Assembly (NCBI GenBank): GCA_030038355.1 | Contig: JASHPB010000044.1 | Coordinates: forward strand, 66-64,065 | Length of the DNA: 64,000 nt | Origin: Candidatus Binataceae bacterium | GTDB taxonomy: Bacteria > Desulfobacterota > Binatia > Binatales > Binataceae | Direction: 5' to 3' | Shown here: positions 47,900 through 58,441 of the stretch, piece after piece | Layout: every line of letters starts with the position of its first letter | Position numbering within the stretch: position 1 is the stretch's first letter | Position numbers and translations under genes: made by a program | Notes under the pieces: model-generated | Databases searched by the model: none | Told to the model about the DNA's origin: nothing | What the model saw: the letters and a program-made list of their open reading frames with translations, nothing else

Positions 47900-48723
47900 C
47901 GACCGACTTCGCCATCAAGCGACAAGGTGCGCGAGAGCGCGCCGCGGCGGATTGTCAGCAGCAGCGGCGAGCTCCTGGCAACTGACGCGACGTCGGCGTT
48001 GAAATCGTCGAGCTGCTTCACCTCGCGACTACCGACCTTGGTGATGATATCACCGCGCGCTAGTCCGCAGCTCGCGGCGGCCGGATCGACTTCCGCCACC
48101 AGCACACCATGCGGCCGCACCATCCCAAAGTACTGCGCGATCTCGGGCGTGACCTGCTGCACCACTATTCCGAGCGCGCGCGCGGTGTCGGGGAGTTTGC
48201 CGTTAGTCGACGCGCCGACAGCGGGCGCCGTGTCGAAAAGTTTGTCGGAAACGTAAATTGGAGCGTGCACCTCACTGGCGAGCGCAATCGCGTCACTCGG
48301 GCGGCTGTCGACCGAGACGCGGCCGTGGTCCATGAAAATCTTGGCGTAGTATACGTCGTCGCGCAGGTCCCAGATCACGACTCGATCGACGCGGTTGCCG
48401 GTCTGCTGGATTACCGACTTGAGCAGATCATGCGTAAGTGGTCGAGGCGGCTGAATGTTATTGAGCGCGAGCTCAATCGCGTAGGCTTCGTTCGGTCCGA
48501 TGTCGACGCGCAATTCGCGCGCCTCGTCCTTGTCGTCGAGAAGTACGTAGTGCGTGCCGGTGCTGTCGTCGAAGCCGACGTTGGTCACTTGAACGGGGAT
48601 ATCATGTATCGAGGGTTGCTCGAGTCGCGCGGGCTCGGTGGGTGATGAACGAGAGCAGGCGCAGGCGGCAGCGACTGCTGCCAATGCCAGCAGGCAGAGT
48701 TTCCTTCCGCCTACAGCGCTCAT
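47896..48723 (-). CDS. Bifunctional-nuclease (BFN/DUF151) domain protein with C-terminal PDZ domain, lipoprotein
   Basis: Lipobox AAACAC|S. A BFN-like N-terminal domain (VLLDDKDEARELRVDIGPNEAYAIELALNN) is followed by a PDZ domain (GLARGDIITKVGSREV). Confidence 0.6.
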   Translation of the reverse strand: MSAVGGRKLCLLALAAVAAACACSRSSPTEPARLEQPSIHDIPVQVTNVGFDDSTGTHYVLLDDKDEARELRVDIGPNEAYAIELALNNIQPPRPLTHDLLKSVIQQTGNRVDRVVIWDLRDDVYYAKIFMDHGRVSVDSRPSDAIALASEVHAPIYVSDKLFDTAPAVGASTNGKLPDTARALGIVVQQVTPEIAQYFGMVRPHGVLVAEVDPAAASCGLARGDIITKVGSREVKQLDDFNADVASVARSSPLLLTIRRGALSRTLSLDGEVGR

Positions 48724-48784
48724 GGCAATAGAGACTACTGGTTTGACACGATCAGTGCCAAGCGTTCACCTCGGCCAGCCACAC

Positions 48785-49378
48785 TTATCGAATGAAATCG
48801 CGGGCAATGACATAAAGTTCGGCCGAGCCGGGACGGCTTGCCTTGGTCCGCTTCACTTCAAGCTTGGCGAAATGCTCCTTGAATTTCCCCACCATCGCGT
48901 TGAACTCACCGCTCATGAAAATCTTCGCGATCATTGCGCCTCCCGGCGCAAGCGCGCGTATGGCGAAATCAAGCGCCGTCGCGACCAACTCGTGCGAGCG
49001 CGCTTCATCGCGAACCGCGATTCCTGAGAGCTTCGGCGCAACATCGCTGGTGACGAGATTCGCCTTACCGGCGAGGGCCGCCACAACTCGCTCCCTCACG
49101 GCAGGATCGAGGATATCGCCCGCAATCGTGGTGACGCCCCGCGGAGCGTTTTTGACTTCGGTCAAATCGACGCCGACGACGAGGCCGCCAGGTCCGACCG
49201 CGCGCGCAAGAATGGCGAGCCATCCGCCCGGCGCGCAGCCGAGGTCGACGATGCGCCCGCCCTTGCGCACCAGATCGCCGCGCGCGATCAACTCTTCGAT
49301 CTTGAACGCCGCACGCGACGGCAATCCGAGCTCGCGAGCCTTGCGATAGAACTGGTCTCGTGGTTCATACGTGGCCAT
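48785..49378 (-). CDS. rlmE: 23S rRNA (uridine-2-prime-O)-methyltransferase RlmE (FtsJ)
   Basis: RSRAAFKIEEL...VDLGCAPGGW SAM-binding motif. 197 aa. Confidence 0.85.
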   Translation of the reverse strand: MATYEPRDQFYRKARELGLPSRAAFKIEELIARGDLVRKGGRIVDLGCAPGGWLAILARAVGPGGLVVGVDLTEVKNAPRGVTTIAGDILDPAVRERVVAALAGKANLVTSDVAPKLSGIAVRDEARSHELVATALDFAIRALAPGGAMIAKIFMSGEFNAMVGKFKEHFAKLEVKRTKASRPGSAELYVIARDFIR

Positions 49379-49504
49379 CGATCGTCAGTCCGCAAATGAA
49401 AGCATGTTCGAAAGTTGCGATCGAGGCGAGGCGTGCTTTTCGCGCCCGCGCCGAGCCGGTATCCTGAAAAGCTCCGTGCCTTTTTTTCGCGTGCAGTATC
49501 AACG

Positions 49505-51700
49505 ATGGCAGCAGTACGAATCGGCGACCTGAATCCTGAACAGCAGGCCGCGGTGCTCGCACCCAAGGGCCCAATCTTGATCCTTGCGGGCGCGGGCTCC
49601 GGCAAGACTCGCGTGCTGACCTACCGTATCGCCCACCTTCTGTCGGAGCGCAAGGTCGACGTCGGCGAGGTGCTGGCGGTCACATTCACCAACAAGGCTG
49701 CCGGCGAGATGCGCGAGCGCGTCGCATCGCTGCTCGATGGCGAGACGCGACTTCCGTGGGTGAGCACGTTCCATTCGGCGTGCGCGCGAATCCTGCGGCA
49801 GGAGGCGGCGCGTATCGGCTACGAGCGTAATTTCTCGATCTTCGACGAGAGCGATTCGATGTCGATGATGCGGCGCGTGATCGAGGAGGCAAATCTTCCC
49901 GACTCTCCCCCTCCCGAGCAGGTGCGCGCGCGAATCGAGCAAGCGAAGAATGAGGCGGTCAGTCCGGAGGAGATGCTGACCACGGCGGAGGGCGGACGTG
50001 GGACTGCCATCGCGCATCTCTATCGCCTCTACCAGGAGCGGCTTCGCGCGATAAATGCGATGGACTTCAGCGACCTGCAGCTCCAGACGTATTTGCTGTT
50101 CACGCAGGATCCCGAGGTGCTCGCGCGATGGCAATCGCGCGCGGCGCATCTGCTGGTGGACGAGTACCAGGACACCAATCACGTGCAGTACCTCATCGTG
50201 CGCGCTCTCGCCGAGCGCACGCAGAATCTCTGCGTGGTGGGCGACGAAGATCAATCTATCTACCGATGGCGCGGCGCGGATATCCGCAACATCCTCGATT
50301 TCGAGCGCGATTACCCGAACGCGCACATCTTCAAGCTCGAACAGAATTACCGCTCGACCAAGACGATCCTCGCCGCGGCGGGAGCGGTGATCCGCAACAA
50401 TACCGAGCGCAAGGCCAAAAATCTCTGGACCGAGAACGACGCGGGCGAGCCGGTCACCTATTATACTGGCGTAACCGAGCGCGACGAGGCTGACTTCATC
50501 GCGCGCAAAATCGCGAGCCTCGTCGCGACGCGCGGGATGCGCCCCGCCGACGTGGTCGTGTTCTACCGCGTCAACGCGCAGTCGCGCGTGCTCGAAGAGG
50601 CTCTCGTGCGACGCCGTATCGCCTACTACGTCGTGGGCGGGGTCCGCTTCTACGAGCAGCGCGATATCAAGGATCTGCTCGCATACTTCCGCGTCATCGC
50701 GAATCCTGCCGACGCCGTGAGTCTTGAACGGATGGTCGGCGTACCGCCGCGCGGAATTGGCGCCAAAACTTTCGAGGCGATCGCGGAAATCGCAGCCCAG
50801 GAAAACATTACGGCCTTCGAGGCGCTTGGCAGGATGGAGGCTCACTCCAAGGTCGCGCTTCGCATCGCCAAACAGGCAGGCGCGCTCTACGGATGGATGC
50901 GCGATCTGATGACGCGCGCGCAATCGACGCCGGTCAAGGAAATCCTCGACGCGGTGGTGGCAAACAGTGGATTCGAAGCCTACCTCGATACGCTCGCCGA
51001 TGCGCCCGCGCGTAAGCAGAACCTGGCCGAGATGCTCGCGGCGGCAAGCGCCTTCGACGCGGAGCGCAGCGGCGGCGGTCTCGGCGAATTCCTCGAACGC
51101 GTCGCGCTCGTGAGCGATGCCGATCAAATCGATTCGCGGGGCGGTCGGGTCGCGTTGATGACGCTGCATACGTCGAAGGGCCTCGAGTATCCCGTCGTCT
51201 TCATCGCCGGGATGGAGGAAGGACTGTTTCCGCACAGCCGCTCGCAGGATAGTGGCGAGGAAATCGAAGAGGAGCGGCGCCTCTGCTACGTCGGAATGAC
51301 GCGTGCGCGCAACCTGCTCTACTTGTCAAACACGCTTTCGCGCGAACTCTACGGTCAGCGCCAGGAGACTCGCCCGTCGCGATTCATGGCCGAAGTTGAC
51401 CCCGGCCTCATCAAACGTATCGCGCCCGAAAGACCATCCGGACCGATTCGGCCACTGTCGCCGCGCGACTCTTACGTCGACTATACAGATAGCCAGTTGC
51501 CCGATGCTGAGAGTATGGGTGGCGGTGGTGGCGACGGCCTTCGCGTCGGCGCGCGCGTGATACATCCGGCGTTCGGCCGCGGCGTCATTCATCGCCGCGA
51601 AGGGCGCGGCGATGCGGCCAAGGCGTGGGTAAATTTTGAACGGGGCGGAGTCAAGTTACTGGTACTAAAGTTCGCTAATCTTCGGTTGATCGGAGATTAG
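49505..51700 (+). CDS. uvrD: ATP-dependent DNA helicase UvrD/PcrA
   Basis: LNPEQQAAV...ILAGAGSGKTRVLTYRIAHLL (motifs Q, I), DEYQDTN (motif II), and TLHTSKGLEYPVVFIAG (motif VI). Confidence 0.85.
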   Translation: MAAVRIGDLNPEQQAAVLAPKGPILILAGAGSGKTRVLTYRIAHLLSERKVDVGEVLAVTFTNKAAGEMRERVASLLDGETRLPWVSTFHSACARILRQEAARIGYERNFSIFDESDSMSMMRRVIEEANLPDSPPPEQVRARIEQAKNEAVSPEEMLTTAEGGRGTAIAHLYRLYQERLRAINAMDFSDLQLQTYLLFTQDPEVLARWQSRAAHLLVDEYQDTNHVQYLIVRALAERTQNLCVVGDEDQSIYRWRGADIRNILDFERDYPNAHIFKLEQNYRSTKTILAAAGAVIRNNTERKAKNLWTENDAGEPVTYYTGVTERDEADFIARKIASLVATRGMRPADVVVFYRVNAQSRVLEEALVRRRIAYYVVGGVRFYEQRDIKDLLAYFRVIANPADAVSLERMVGVPPRGIGAKTFEAIAEIAAQENITAFEALGRMEAHSKVALRIAKQAGALYGWMRDLMTRAQSTPVKEILDAVVANSGFEAYLDTLADAPARKQNLAEMLAAASAFDAERSGGGLGEFLERVALVSDADQIDSRGGRVALMTLHTSKGLEYPVVFIAGMEEGLFPHSRSQDSGEEIEEERRLCYVGMTRARNLLYLSNTLSRELYGQRQETRPSRFMAEVDPGLIKRIAPERPSGPIRPLSPRDSYVDYTDSQLPDAESMGGGGGDGLRVGARVIHPAFGRGVIHRREGRGDAAKAWVNFERGGVKLLVLKFANLRLIGD

Positions 51701-51771
51701 GCGCGCGCGTATCATTTTGACGCTGAAAGCAGTGCAGTCGGTGGTGCGGATCCTCAAGCGGCGGTGGGCTC

Positions 51772-52836
51772 GTGAATCTATCCAAGCATAGTCGGCTATT
51801 GGCATTTTTCGTTGGCGTGGCACTACTCGCCGCTCTAACGATTTCCGTTCCGCGTTTTGCCGCGGCCTGGAGCGAGGACGAATTCGCTCGACGTCCGCTC
51901 TACGCCTATCCGTTGCCGCGGGGCAGAGACAACATCATCGGCAATCTCGTCACCTATCAGATACAGAAGGGTGACACGCTGCTCGATGTCGGCCGATGGT
52001 TCGGCGTGACCGCCAAGGAAATCTCAGATGCCAACGGCAAAATAGATTGGTGGGCGCCTCCCGTCGGCAAGCAGATCATCCTGCCCGACGAGCATATCCT
52101 GCCTGCTGCGCCGCACGAGGGAATCATCCTCAACATCCCCGAGATGCGGATTTACTATTATTATCCGTCGCCCATCGGCTCGATGCCGAAGAGCAAGATA
52201 AAAAAAATCGCCATGTCAACGCGGCACGAGGCCCACGGCGCGGTCACGCCGAGCGTGGTTTACACTTTTCCCGTTGGTCTCGGACGCTACGACTGGAAGA
52301 CGCCAGTTGGCGACTGGCGCGTGCGCGGTAAGACTCACAATCCCACCTGGGTTGTGCCCGAGGACATCTACAAAGAGCATCTCGAGCGTGACGGCGAGGC
52401 CGACCACGTGGTGCCCGGCGGCGATCCGGACAATCCTCTTGGCCACTACCGAATCGAACTGACGCTGCCCGAGTATGCTCTGCACGGCACCGACGTTCCC
52501 TGGGGCGTCGGCATGACGGTCAGCCACGGATGCGTCCGCCTGTACCCCGAGGATATCGAGCGCCTTTACGACAAGGTGAAAGTCGGCACGCCTGGGATGT
52601 TCGTCTACGAGCCCGTCAAGTACGGTTATCGCGGCGGCGATATCTACGTCGAAGTCCACGAGGACCTTTATGGCCGCTATGCCGGACTCTGGGCGTACGC
52701 CGTCAAGCAGGCGCAGGAGCAGGGAATCGCCGATCAGATCGACATGCAGAAGCTCGAGAAGGCTGTCGAGCAGAGGACCGGCATCCCCAGCAACATTTCG
52801 CCGGGCTCCTCGACCGACGACGCCAGCTCAGATTAA
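51772..52836 (+). CDS. LysM-domain L,D-transpeptidase (YkuD family)
   Basis: Signal peptide, LysM (YQIQKGDTLLDVGRWFGV), and a YkuD catalytic motif SHGCVRL. Confidence 0.8.
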   Translation: MNLSKHSRLLAFFVGVALLAALTISVPRFAAAWSEDEFARRPLYAYPLPRGRDNIIGNLVTYQIQKGDTLLDVGRWFGVTAKEISDANGKIDWWAPPVGKQIILPDEHILPAAPHEGIILNIPEMRIYYYYPSPIGSMPKSKIKKIAMSTRHEAHGAVTPSVVYTFPVGLGRYDWKTPVGDWRVRGKTHNPTWVVPEDIYKEHLERDGEADHVVPGGDPDNPLGHYRIELTLPEYALHGTDVPWGVGMTVSHGCVRLYPEDIERLYDKVKVGTPGMFVYEPVKYGYRGGDIYVEVHEDLYGRYAGLWAYAVKQAQEQGIADQIDMQKLEKAVEQRTGIPSNISPGSSTDDASSD

Positions 52837-52873
52837 AGCGCACGTGAAGCCTGATGTCCGGTGCGAAGCGCGC

Positions 52874-53632
52874 TCACACCACGGAGATGAGCGATGGCTC
52901 CGGTTCCGCACGATAGACGCAGATGATCCCAAGCTTGACGCTGAGCGTCGTCGCGTTGGCGATCGCCGGATGGTAGCCGCGAATCCTTTCGATGCTGCTG
53001 CGCACGGCGCGTGACACATTGACGCGCGCACGATGAATATCGCTTGCCGAGCGCCGATCGCGTCCACCTAAACCTAGAGCCCGAGTCAGCTCGCGAGTCA
53101 GAAATTCCAGCTCCTGCCCGATTCGCGACGCGGCGCGCTCCTCGCCCGATTGCTTCGCATCCTCGAGTTCGGCGCTGAGTCCGCCGAGTCGCTGGCGACA
53201 TTCGGCCTTGGCACGCCAGTCCAGCAGCGGGCCCGCATCACTCGAACCAATGCGGCAAGGCTCCGCCGGTGCGAGCGCTTCGCCATCTGGAGCGGCTAGT
53301 CCGGCTCCGGTAATCGCGCCGGGCTGGCGCGACCGGCACCCTGCTTCGATCTCTGTCGCGTGAAATTCGCGGTCTGGATGCGTCGATAGTTGGACCAGGT
53401 AACCGAAGCCGCGGCTGTCACGGAGCCTGAAGACTTCGGCTTCGTGTTCCAGCGTCCAGTAGTCACCCTTGCCTTTGATGACGACGTGCCTCGCACGTCC
53501 ATTGGAGGGCATCTCGGAGAGCGCCTCGACCGAGACCGCCGTGCATTGCCGGCGAGCGCCTGGCATATTGCCCGACCCGAGCACTGCAGCGCGGAATGAC
53601 GGCCGATAGTAGCGTGAAACTCGATTCGACAC
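52874..53632 (-). CDS. Hypothetical protein with a regulator-like N-terminal domain
   Basis: A 252-aa ORF. Whether this is a real gene or the 3-prime fragment of a decayed larger gene is unresolved. Confidence 0.3.
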   Translation of the reverse strand: MSNRVSRYYRPSFRAAVLGSGNMPGARRQCTAVSVEALSEMPSNGRARHVVIKGKGDYWTLEHEAEVFRLRDSRGFGYLVQLSTHPDREFHATEIEAGCRSRQPGAITGAGLAAPDGEALAPAEPCRIGSSDAGPLLDWRAKAECRQRLGGLSAELEDAKQSGEERAASRIGQELEFLTRELTRALGLGGRDRRSASDIHRARVNVSRAVRSSIERIRGYHPAIANATTLSVKLGIICVYRAEPEPSLISVV

Positions 53633-54443
53633 TGACTCGACCTTGCAGGCCGCGCATCGACACGCATCGCGGCTTCGATCGCACCGACCAGCGCCGGGAT
53701 ATTGCCGACGAATGGAAAGTGCGACCTACCCTCGAGTGGCACCAGCCGGCTCTTGGGATAGCCGCCGCGAGCTCACGGCCTATCCGATAGCCGCATACAC
53801 AATCGTGCGCGCGAGGAATCACCGTCGTTGCCGCAGTAACCGGTGGCAGCATCGCGGCCACGTCGAGCTTGTAGAGCAACCCGTCGCAGACCCGGACCGC
53901 GTTGTCGGCGCTCGTCGACCGAACATCAACTGCGCGAGCGCCGGGCGGGTGGCACCGTCGGCGTCAGGCGCACCAAGGCTGGTGAAGAATCTCGTAGCGA
54001 TTGCCCAGTGATCGAGCATCAGTTCTCGAAACGCGTGTGGTAGAATCAAGCCTTTAGGCGCCTCCTGACCGCGGAGGCAAATGCGCAACAGGATAAGGTT
54101 CGCGCCCCGCTCCGGATGCTCGACCGCGTCGATCGCAACCGGGACCGGCGGTATCGAAGCCGAGCAACGAGAGACGATCGACCCCACGCGCGGCGCCGAG
54201 CTGATCGAGAATTCGCACTTCCGATCGGCGCGAAAACTCCTCGCGCCGCCAGTCCGGGACCTCAGTTCCGGCCGTTTCATTTTCACGATCTACTTGGATC
54301 GTCGACTGATCACTCCCTTGGAAGGCCTCGATCGGTAGATACCCGCGACTAACTTCCGGCAGCGAGCCCGGATCGGCGTAACCCTACGAACACCGATCCG
54401 GTCTTTGCGCGGGCGGCTTCAGCACCCCCCCCGAGCCGCCCTC

Positions 54444-56117
54444 TTATTTTTCAATCGATGGTGTGGACTCGCCGAGTGGTTCCGGATGCGACTTATTTGG
54501 CGACGGCGGGCTTTCCTTCCGCAGCACATACAGGTAGCGCGAGCCCAATCCGAATGGCCCCGGCCACTTGAACCGCTCGACCGCCTTGGTCCCGGGAATC
54601 GGGCCGCTCGCGATCGTGTACTGGTCAATTCCCGGCGACGTGATCATCGGGATCCCCGATTCCAGTTGCATGGTATCGATACCGTGCTTCGGGTAGCGAT
54701 AAAGATCGTTGCCGTTGATTGAATAACCAGCGTCGATTGCCCAGCGCGGAACACCCTCGCGCTCGAGCGTATCCCGAACTGCAGCTACCGCCGCGATGCC
54801 ACGCTGATAGGCGTACGCACCGCCAAGCGAGAGAGTCGCCATCAGCAGGGTAAGAGCTCCAGCAAGCGCAGGCGCGAATTTCCATTTCGGCCACGGCGCA
54901 ATCGCGAGCAGCACGCAGCCTGCGGGCACCAGCACGATGTAGTAGCGATCGTTGAAGAACCAGAGCGGTATGGTCGCCGCCCAATAGAGGATCGCCGCGA
55001 TCATAAGCGCCGCCGCCACGCGATCCAGCCGCGCGATCGCGTCGCGCGCTGCCATCAGGAGCCCCGCTGCACCGAGCGCTCCCAGAGCCATCCAGCAGTA
55101 TTGCCAGCCGTTGCTCCAATAGAAGCGGTTCGCCATCCCGCGCAGGATCATGACGTTGTCCCAGCCGCCGAAGCAGCTATATTCAGGCGAGACCGGCAGC
55201 CGCGTATCGATGCGGCTCAGCACGAACGTCGCCGCGAAGAGTCCCGCACCCCAGGCAACCACCGCCCGCCTCCGCGCGCCGAGCAACTGCATCAGCGCCA
55301 TCGGGCTAAGCACCGTGCCGAGGTAGAGCAACGGGCCGAGCACGCCGGCGCGCAGATAGTTGGTAAGCGGCGCGTCCATCAGATGCGAGAAGTGCCCGAG
55401 TGTAACCTGCAGATCCCACGGCCGCGGATTAATCACCGTCTCCCAGAGCCAGATCGTGACACACACCATCGAGGCGACCGCGAAAGGAAAGAGACGCCGC
55501 ACCATGCGCCAAAGGTCGCGCCGCACACCGTTGAACAACCCCGCGCTGAAGATCACTTCCGCGCCGACGAATCCCACGATCATCATCGCCGCGAACGGCC
55601 GCACCAGGAAGCAAAGCACCGAAACGATCGCCAAGAGCCAGAGCCATTCCGCTTCGAAGCGGCCCGAGGCTTGTGCGTAGGCAAGACATGCGCCGAGCAT
55701 CAGCATCAGGAAGGGAATCTCGGTCATGAAGGAGAAGCTGAGGAACGTGTAGCAGGGATTCCCGATGAGGCAGCCGGTCGCGATCACCCCGGCCGCAAGG
55801 CCAGCGCCCGAGCGGCGCGCGATACCATAGAGGAACATCGCGCCGAGCGCCGCCAATACGACGTCCGCGATCTCCAGGGACGCAGAACCGCCGCCAAAGA
55901 GTCGCGCCCATGCCGCGCCGTAGTAGACCTGCACAATCGGCATCGCCTGCGCGTAGCCGGCGAAGCGAACCTCTCCCGTCTGCAGGTAGCGGCGCACCGC
56001 CTCGCCGTAGAGCCAGCTATCCGCCACCGGCGCGTCGGCCAGTGGATGCAGCACCGCCCACGACAGGAGATACCAGGCCGCGATCGCGCCGCACACCACC
56101 CATCCCGCGCGCTTCAA
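54444..56117 (-). CDS. Polytopic membrane glycosyltransferase, ArnT/PMT-like (GT39/GT83-like) family
   Basis: 557 aa and ~12 TM with large periplasmic loops. The overall topology and N-terminal D-x-W-x-Y-like motif are consistent with lipid-linked-sugar transferases. Confidence 0.5.
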   Translation of the reverse strand: MKRAGWVVCGAIAAWYLLSWAVLHPLADAPVADSWLYGEAVRRYLQTGEVRFAGYAQAMPIVQVYYGAAWARLFGGGSASLEIADVVLAALGAMFLYGIARRSGAGLAAGVIATGCLIGNPCYTFLSFSFMTEIPFLMLMLGACLAYAQASGRFEAEWLWLLAIVSVLCFLVRPFAAMMIVGFVGAEVIFSAGLFNGVRRDLWRMVRRLFPFAVASMVCVTIWLWETVINPRPWDLQVTLGHFSHLMDAPLTNYLRAGVLGPLLYLGTVLSPMALMQLLGARRRAVVAWGAGLFAATFVLSRIDTRLPVSPEYSCFGGWDNVMILRGMANRFYWSNGWQYCWMALGALGAAGLLMAARDAIARLDRVAAALMIAAILYWAATIPLWFFNDRYYIVLVPAGCVLLAIAPWPKWKFAPALAGALTLLMATLSLGGAYAYQRGIAAVAAVRDTLEREGVPRWAIDAGYSINGNDLYRYPKHGIDTMQLESGIPMITSPGIDQYTIASGPIPGTKAVERFKWPGPFGLGSRYLYVLRKESPPSPNKSHPEPLGESTPSIEK

Positions 56118-56288
56118 TTCAGACCGCCTTGCTCCGATTTCCAGCTATCCTCTATACTTCGCGAGGCGCCGCCGCACGAGTATCGACGAACTGTTTAGCC
56201 GGTTTTCCGCGGCGCGCAAAGAGAGCCTCCCTCGACCGCGTGATTCTCGACACATCCAAGCACGCTCGCGATATTGAAAGACCATAAG

Positions 56289-57470
56289 ATGCGGCAAGTT
56301 GCCTTTCATCGTCCCGCAATCGGCCCTGAAGAGGAGCGCGAGGTGCTCGAAGCCCTGCGCTCCGGATGGATCACCACCGGGCCCAAGGCCAAGCGCTTCG
56401 AGCAGGAATTCGCCGCCTATGTCGGCGCGAAGCATGCCCTTGCGCTCGCGCACTGCACAGGCGCGCTCCATCTCGCGCTCTGGTCACTCGGCATCGGCCA
56501 GGGCGACGAGGTTATCACCACACCGTTCACCTTCACCGCGACCGCCGAGGTGATGGGTTATCTGGGCGCGCGGCCGGTTTTCGTGGACGTCGATCCCGGC
56601 ACTTTCAATCTCAATCCCGCGCGCGTCGAGGAGGAGCTCGAGAGCGGCCGCCATAAGCGGGTGCGCGCGCTGCTGCCGGTCCATTTCGCGGGCCAGGTTT
56701 GCGATATGGATCGGCTGCTCAAGATCGTGCGCGACTACGATTTGAAAATCGTCGAAGACGCGGCCCACGCTGTCAGCGCCGCACGTCATATGGAGGGCCG
56801 CGGCATGGCCCAGGTCGGCACGATCGGCGACCTCACCTGCTTCAGTTTTTATGCGACCAAGAACTTCACCACTGCCGAGGGCGGGATGATCACGACCGCC
56901 GACGACGCGCTCGCCGACAAGATCGCCGTCGCGAGCCTGCATGGCATGAACAAGGACGCGTGGAAGCGCTACGACAAGAGCGGCTCGTGGTACTACGAAA
57001 TCCATGACATGGGTTTCAAGTACAACCTGTCCGACGTGCACGCGGCGATCGGCCTCGCGCAACTGAAGCGGGCTGAGGACTTCAAACGCCGCCGCGCCGA
57101 GATCGCGCGCCGCTACGGCGAAGCGCTTCGCTCCGACGATGCACTCCAACCGCCGTACGTCGAGCCGGGCGTCGAGCACGCGTGGCACCTCTACGTGATG
57201 CGCCTGCGTCCCGAGAAGCTGCGCATCGGGCGCAACCAGTTCGTCGAGACGCTCCGCGAGCGCGGCGTCGGATGCTCAGTTCACTGCATCCCATTACATA
57301 CGATGCATTACTACCAGCAGATGTATGGCTATCGGACTGGCGATTTTCCGGTCGCAGAAGATATATACAGTCGCTGTTTTTCATTACCCATTTACTATTC
57401 GATGTCCGATGAGGACGTGGACTACGTAATCGACACAGTATTGAAGATCGCGCGCGAAAACCGCCGCTGA
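56289..57470 (+). CDS. DegT/DnrJ/EryC1/StrS-family PLP aminotransferase, ArnB-like
   Basis: [50 protein letters not shown]; the conserved lysine region is [15 protein letters not shown]. Confidence 0.8.
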   Translation: MRQVAFHRPAIGPEEEREVLEALRSGWITTGPKAKRFEQEFAAYVGAKHALALAHCTGALHLALWSLGIGQGDEVITTPFTFTATAEVMGYLGARPVFVDVDPGTFNLNPARVEEELESGRHKRVRALLPVHFAGQVCDMDRLLKIVRDYDLKIVEDAAHAVSAARHMEGRGMAQVGTIGDLTCFSFYATKNFTTAEGGMITTADDALADKIAVASLHGMNKDAWKRYDKSGSWYYEIHDMGFKYNLSDVHAAIGLAQLKRAEDFKRRRAEIARRYGEALRSDDALQPPYVEPGVEHAWHLYVMRLRPEKLRIGRNQFVETLRERGVGCSVHCIPLHTMHYYQQMYGYRTGDFPVAEDIYSRCFSLPIYYSMSDEDVDYVIDTVLKIARENRR

Positions 57471-57499
57471 GGATTGATACTCGGCCGAGGAGGAACGAA

Positions 57500-58441
57500 G
57501 TGCGTGCACTGGTAACCGGAGGCGCTGGATTTCTGGGTTCGCATCTATGCGAGCGGCTGCTGAAGGACGGCCACGAGGTAATCTGCCTGGATAACTTCTT
57601 CAGCGGCAAGCGCCTGAACGTCAAGCATCTCGTGCCGCATCCCAATTTCGAACTGATCCGCCATGACGTGGTCGAGCCGATCCTGCTCGAAGTTGACCGC
57701 ATCTTTCATCTCGCCTGTCCCGCTTCCCCCGTTCACTACCAGTACAACCCGGTCAAGACGATAAAAACCAGCGTGATGGGCACGATCAACATGCTCGGCC
57801 TCGCCAAGCGCGTCCGCGCTCGAATTCTGCTCACCTCGACCAGTGAGGTTTACGGCGATCCCGAGGAGCATCCGCAGACCGAATCGTACTGGGGACACGT
57901 CAATCCGATCGGCGTGCGCTCATGCTACGACGAAGGCAAGCGCGTTGCCGAGTGCCTGATGATGGATTATCACCGGCAGAACAACGTCGATATTCGCATC
58001 GTGCGCATCTTCAACACCTACGGCCCGCGGATGGCGATCAACGACGGGCGCGTTGTCTCAAACTTCTGCGTCGCGGCGCTCCGCGGTGAGGACCTCGAGA
58101 TCTTCGGCGACGGCGCGCAGACCCGCTCGTTCGCCTATGTTGACGACATCATCGACGCCCTGGTGCGCATGATGAATCAGGAGAAGCACAGCGGACCCGT
58201 CAATATCGGCAACCCGGACGAGTTCACGATCAAGGAGCTGGCGAAGATGGCGATCGATCTGACGCGCAGTTCCTCGAAGGTTGTCATCAAGCCCGCCCGC
58301 CCCGACGATCCGGTGCGACGCCGGCCGAACATCGAACTCGCGAAGAAGGTTCTCGGATGGCAACCGACGACGCCGCTGACGGTCGGCCTTAAAAGATCGC
58401 TCGATCACTTCCGCGACCAGTTAGGGATCAAAGAAGCGTGA
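57500..58441 (+). CDS. UDP-glucuronate decarboxylase (UDP-xylose synthase, UXS/ArnA-C-terminal-like)
   Basis: GTG start with upstream [24 protein letters not shown]...[15 protein letters not shown]...YDEGKR is characteristic of UXS. Confidence 0.85.
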   Translation: MRALVTGGAGFLGSHLCERLLKDGHEVICLDNFFSGKRLNVKHLVPHPNFELIRHDVVEPILLEVDRIFHLACPASPVHYQYNPVKTIKTSVMGTINMLGLAKRVRARILLTSTSEVYGDPEEHPQTESYWGHVNPIGVRSCYDEGKRVAECLMMDYHRQNNVDIRIVRIFNTYGPRMAINDGRVVSNFCVAALRGEDLEIFGDGAQTRSFAYVDDIIDALVRMMNQEKHSGPVNIGNPDEFTIKELAKMAIDLTRSSSKVVIKPARPDDPVRRRPNIELAKKVLGWQPTTPLTVGLKRSLDHFRDQLGIKEA

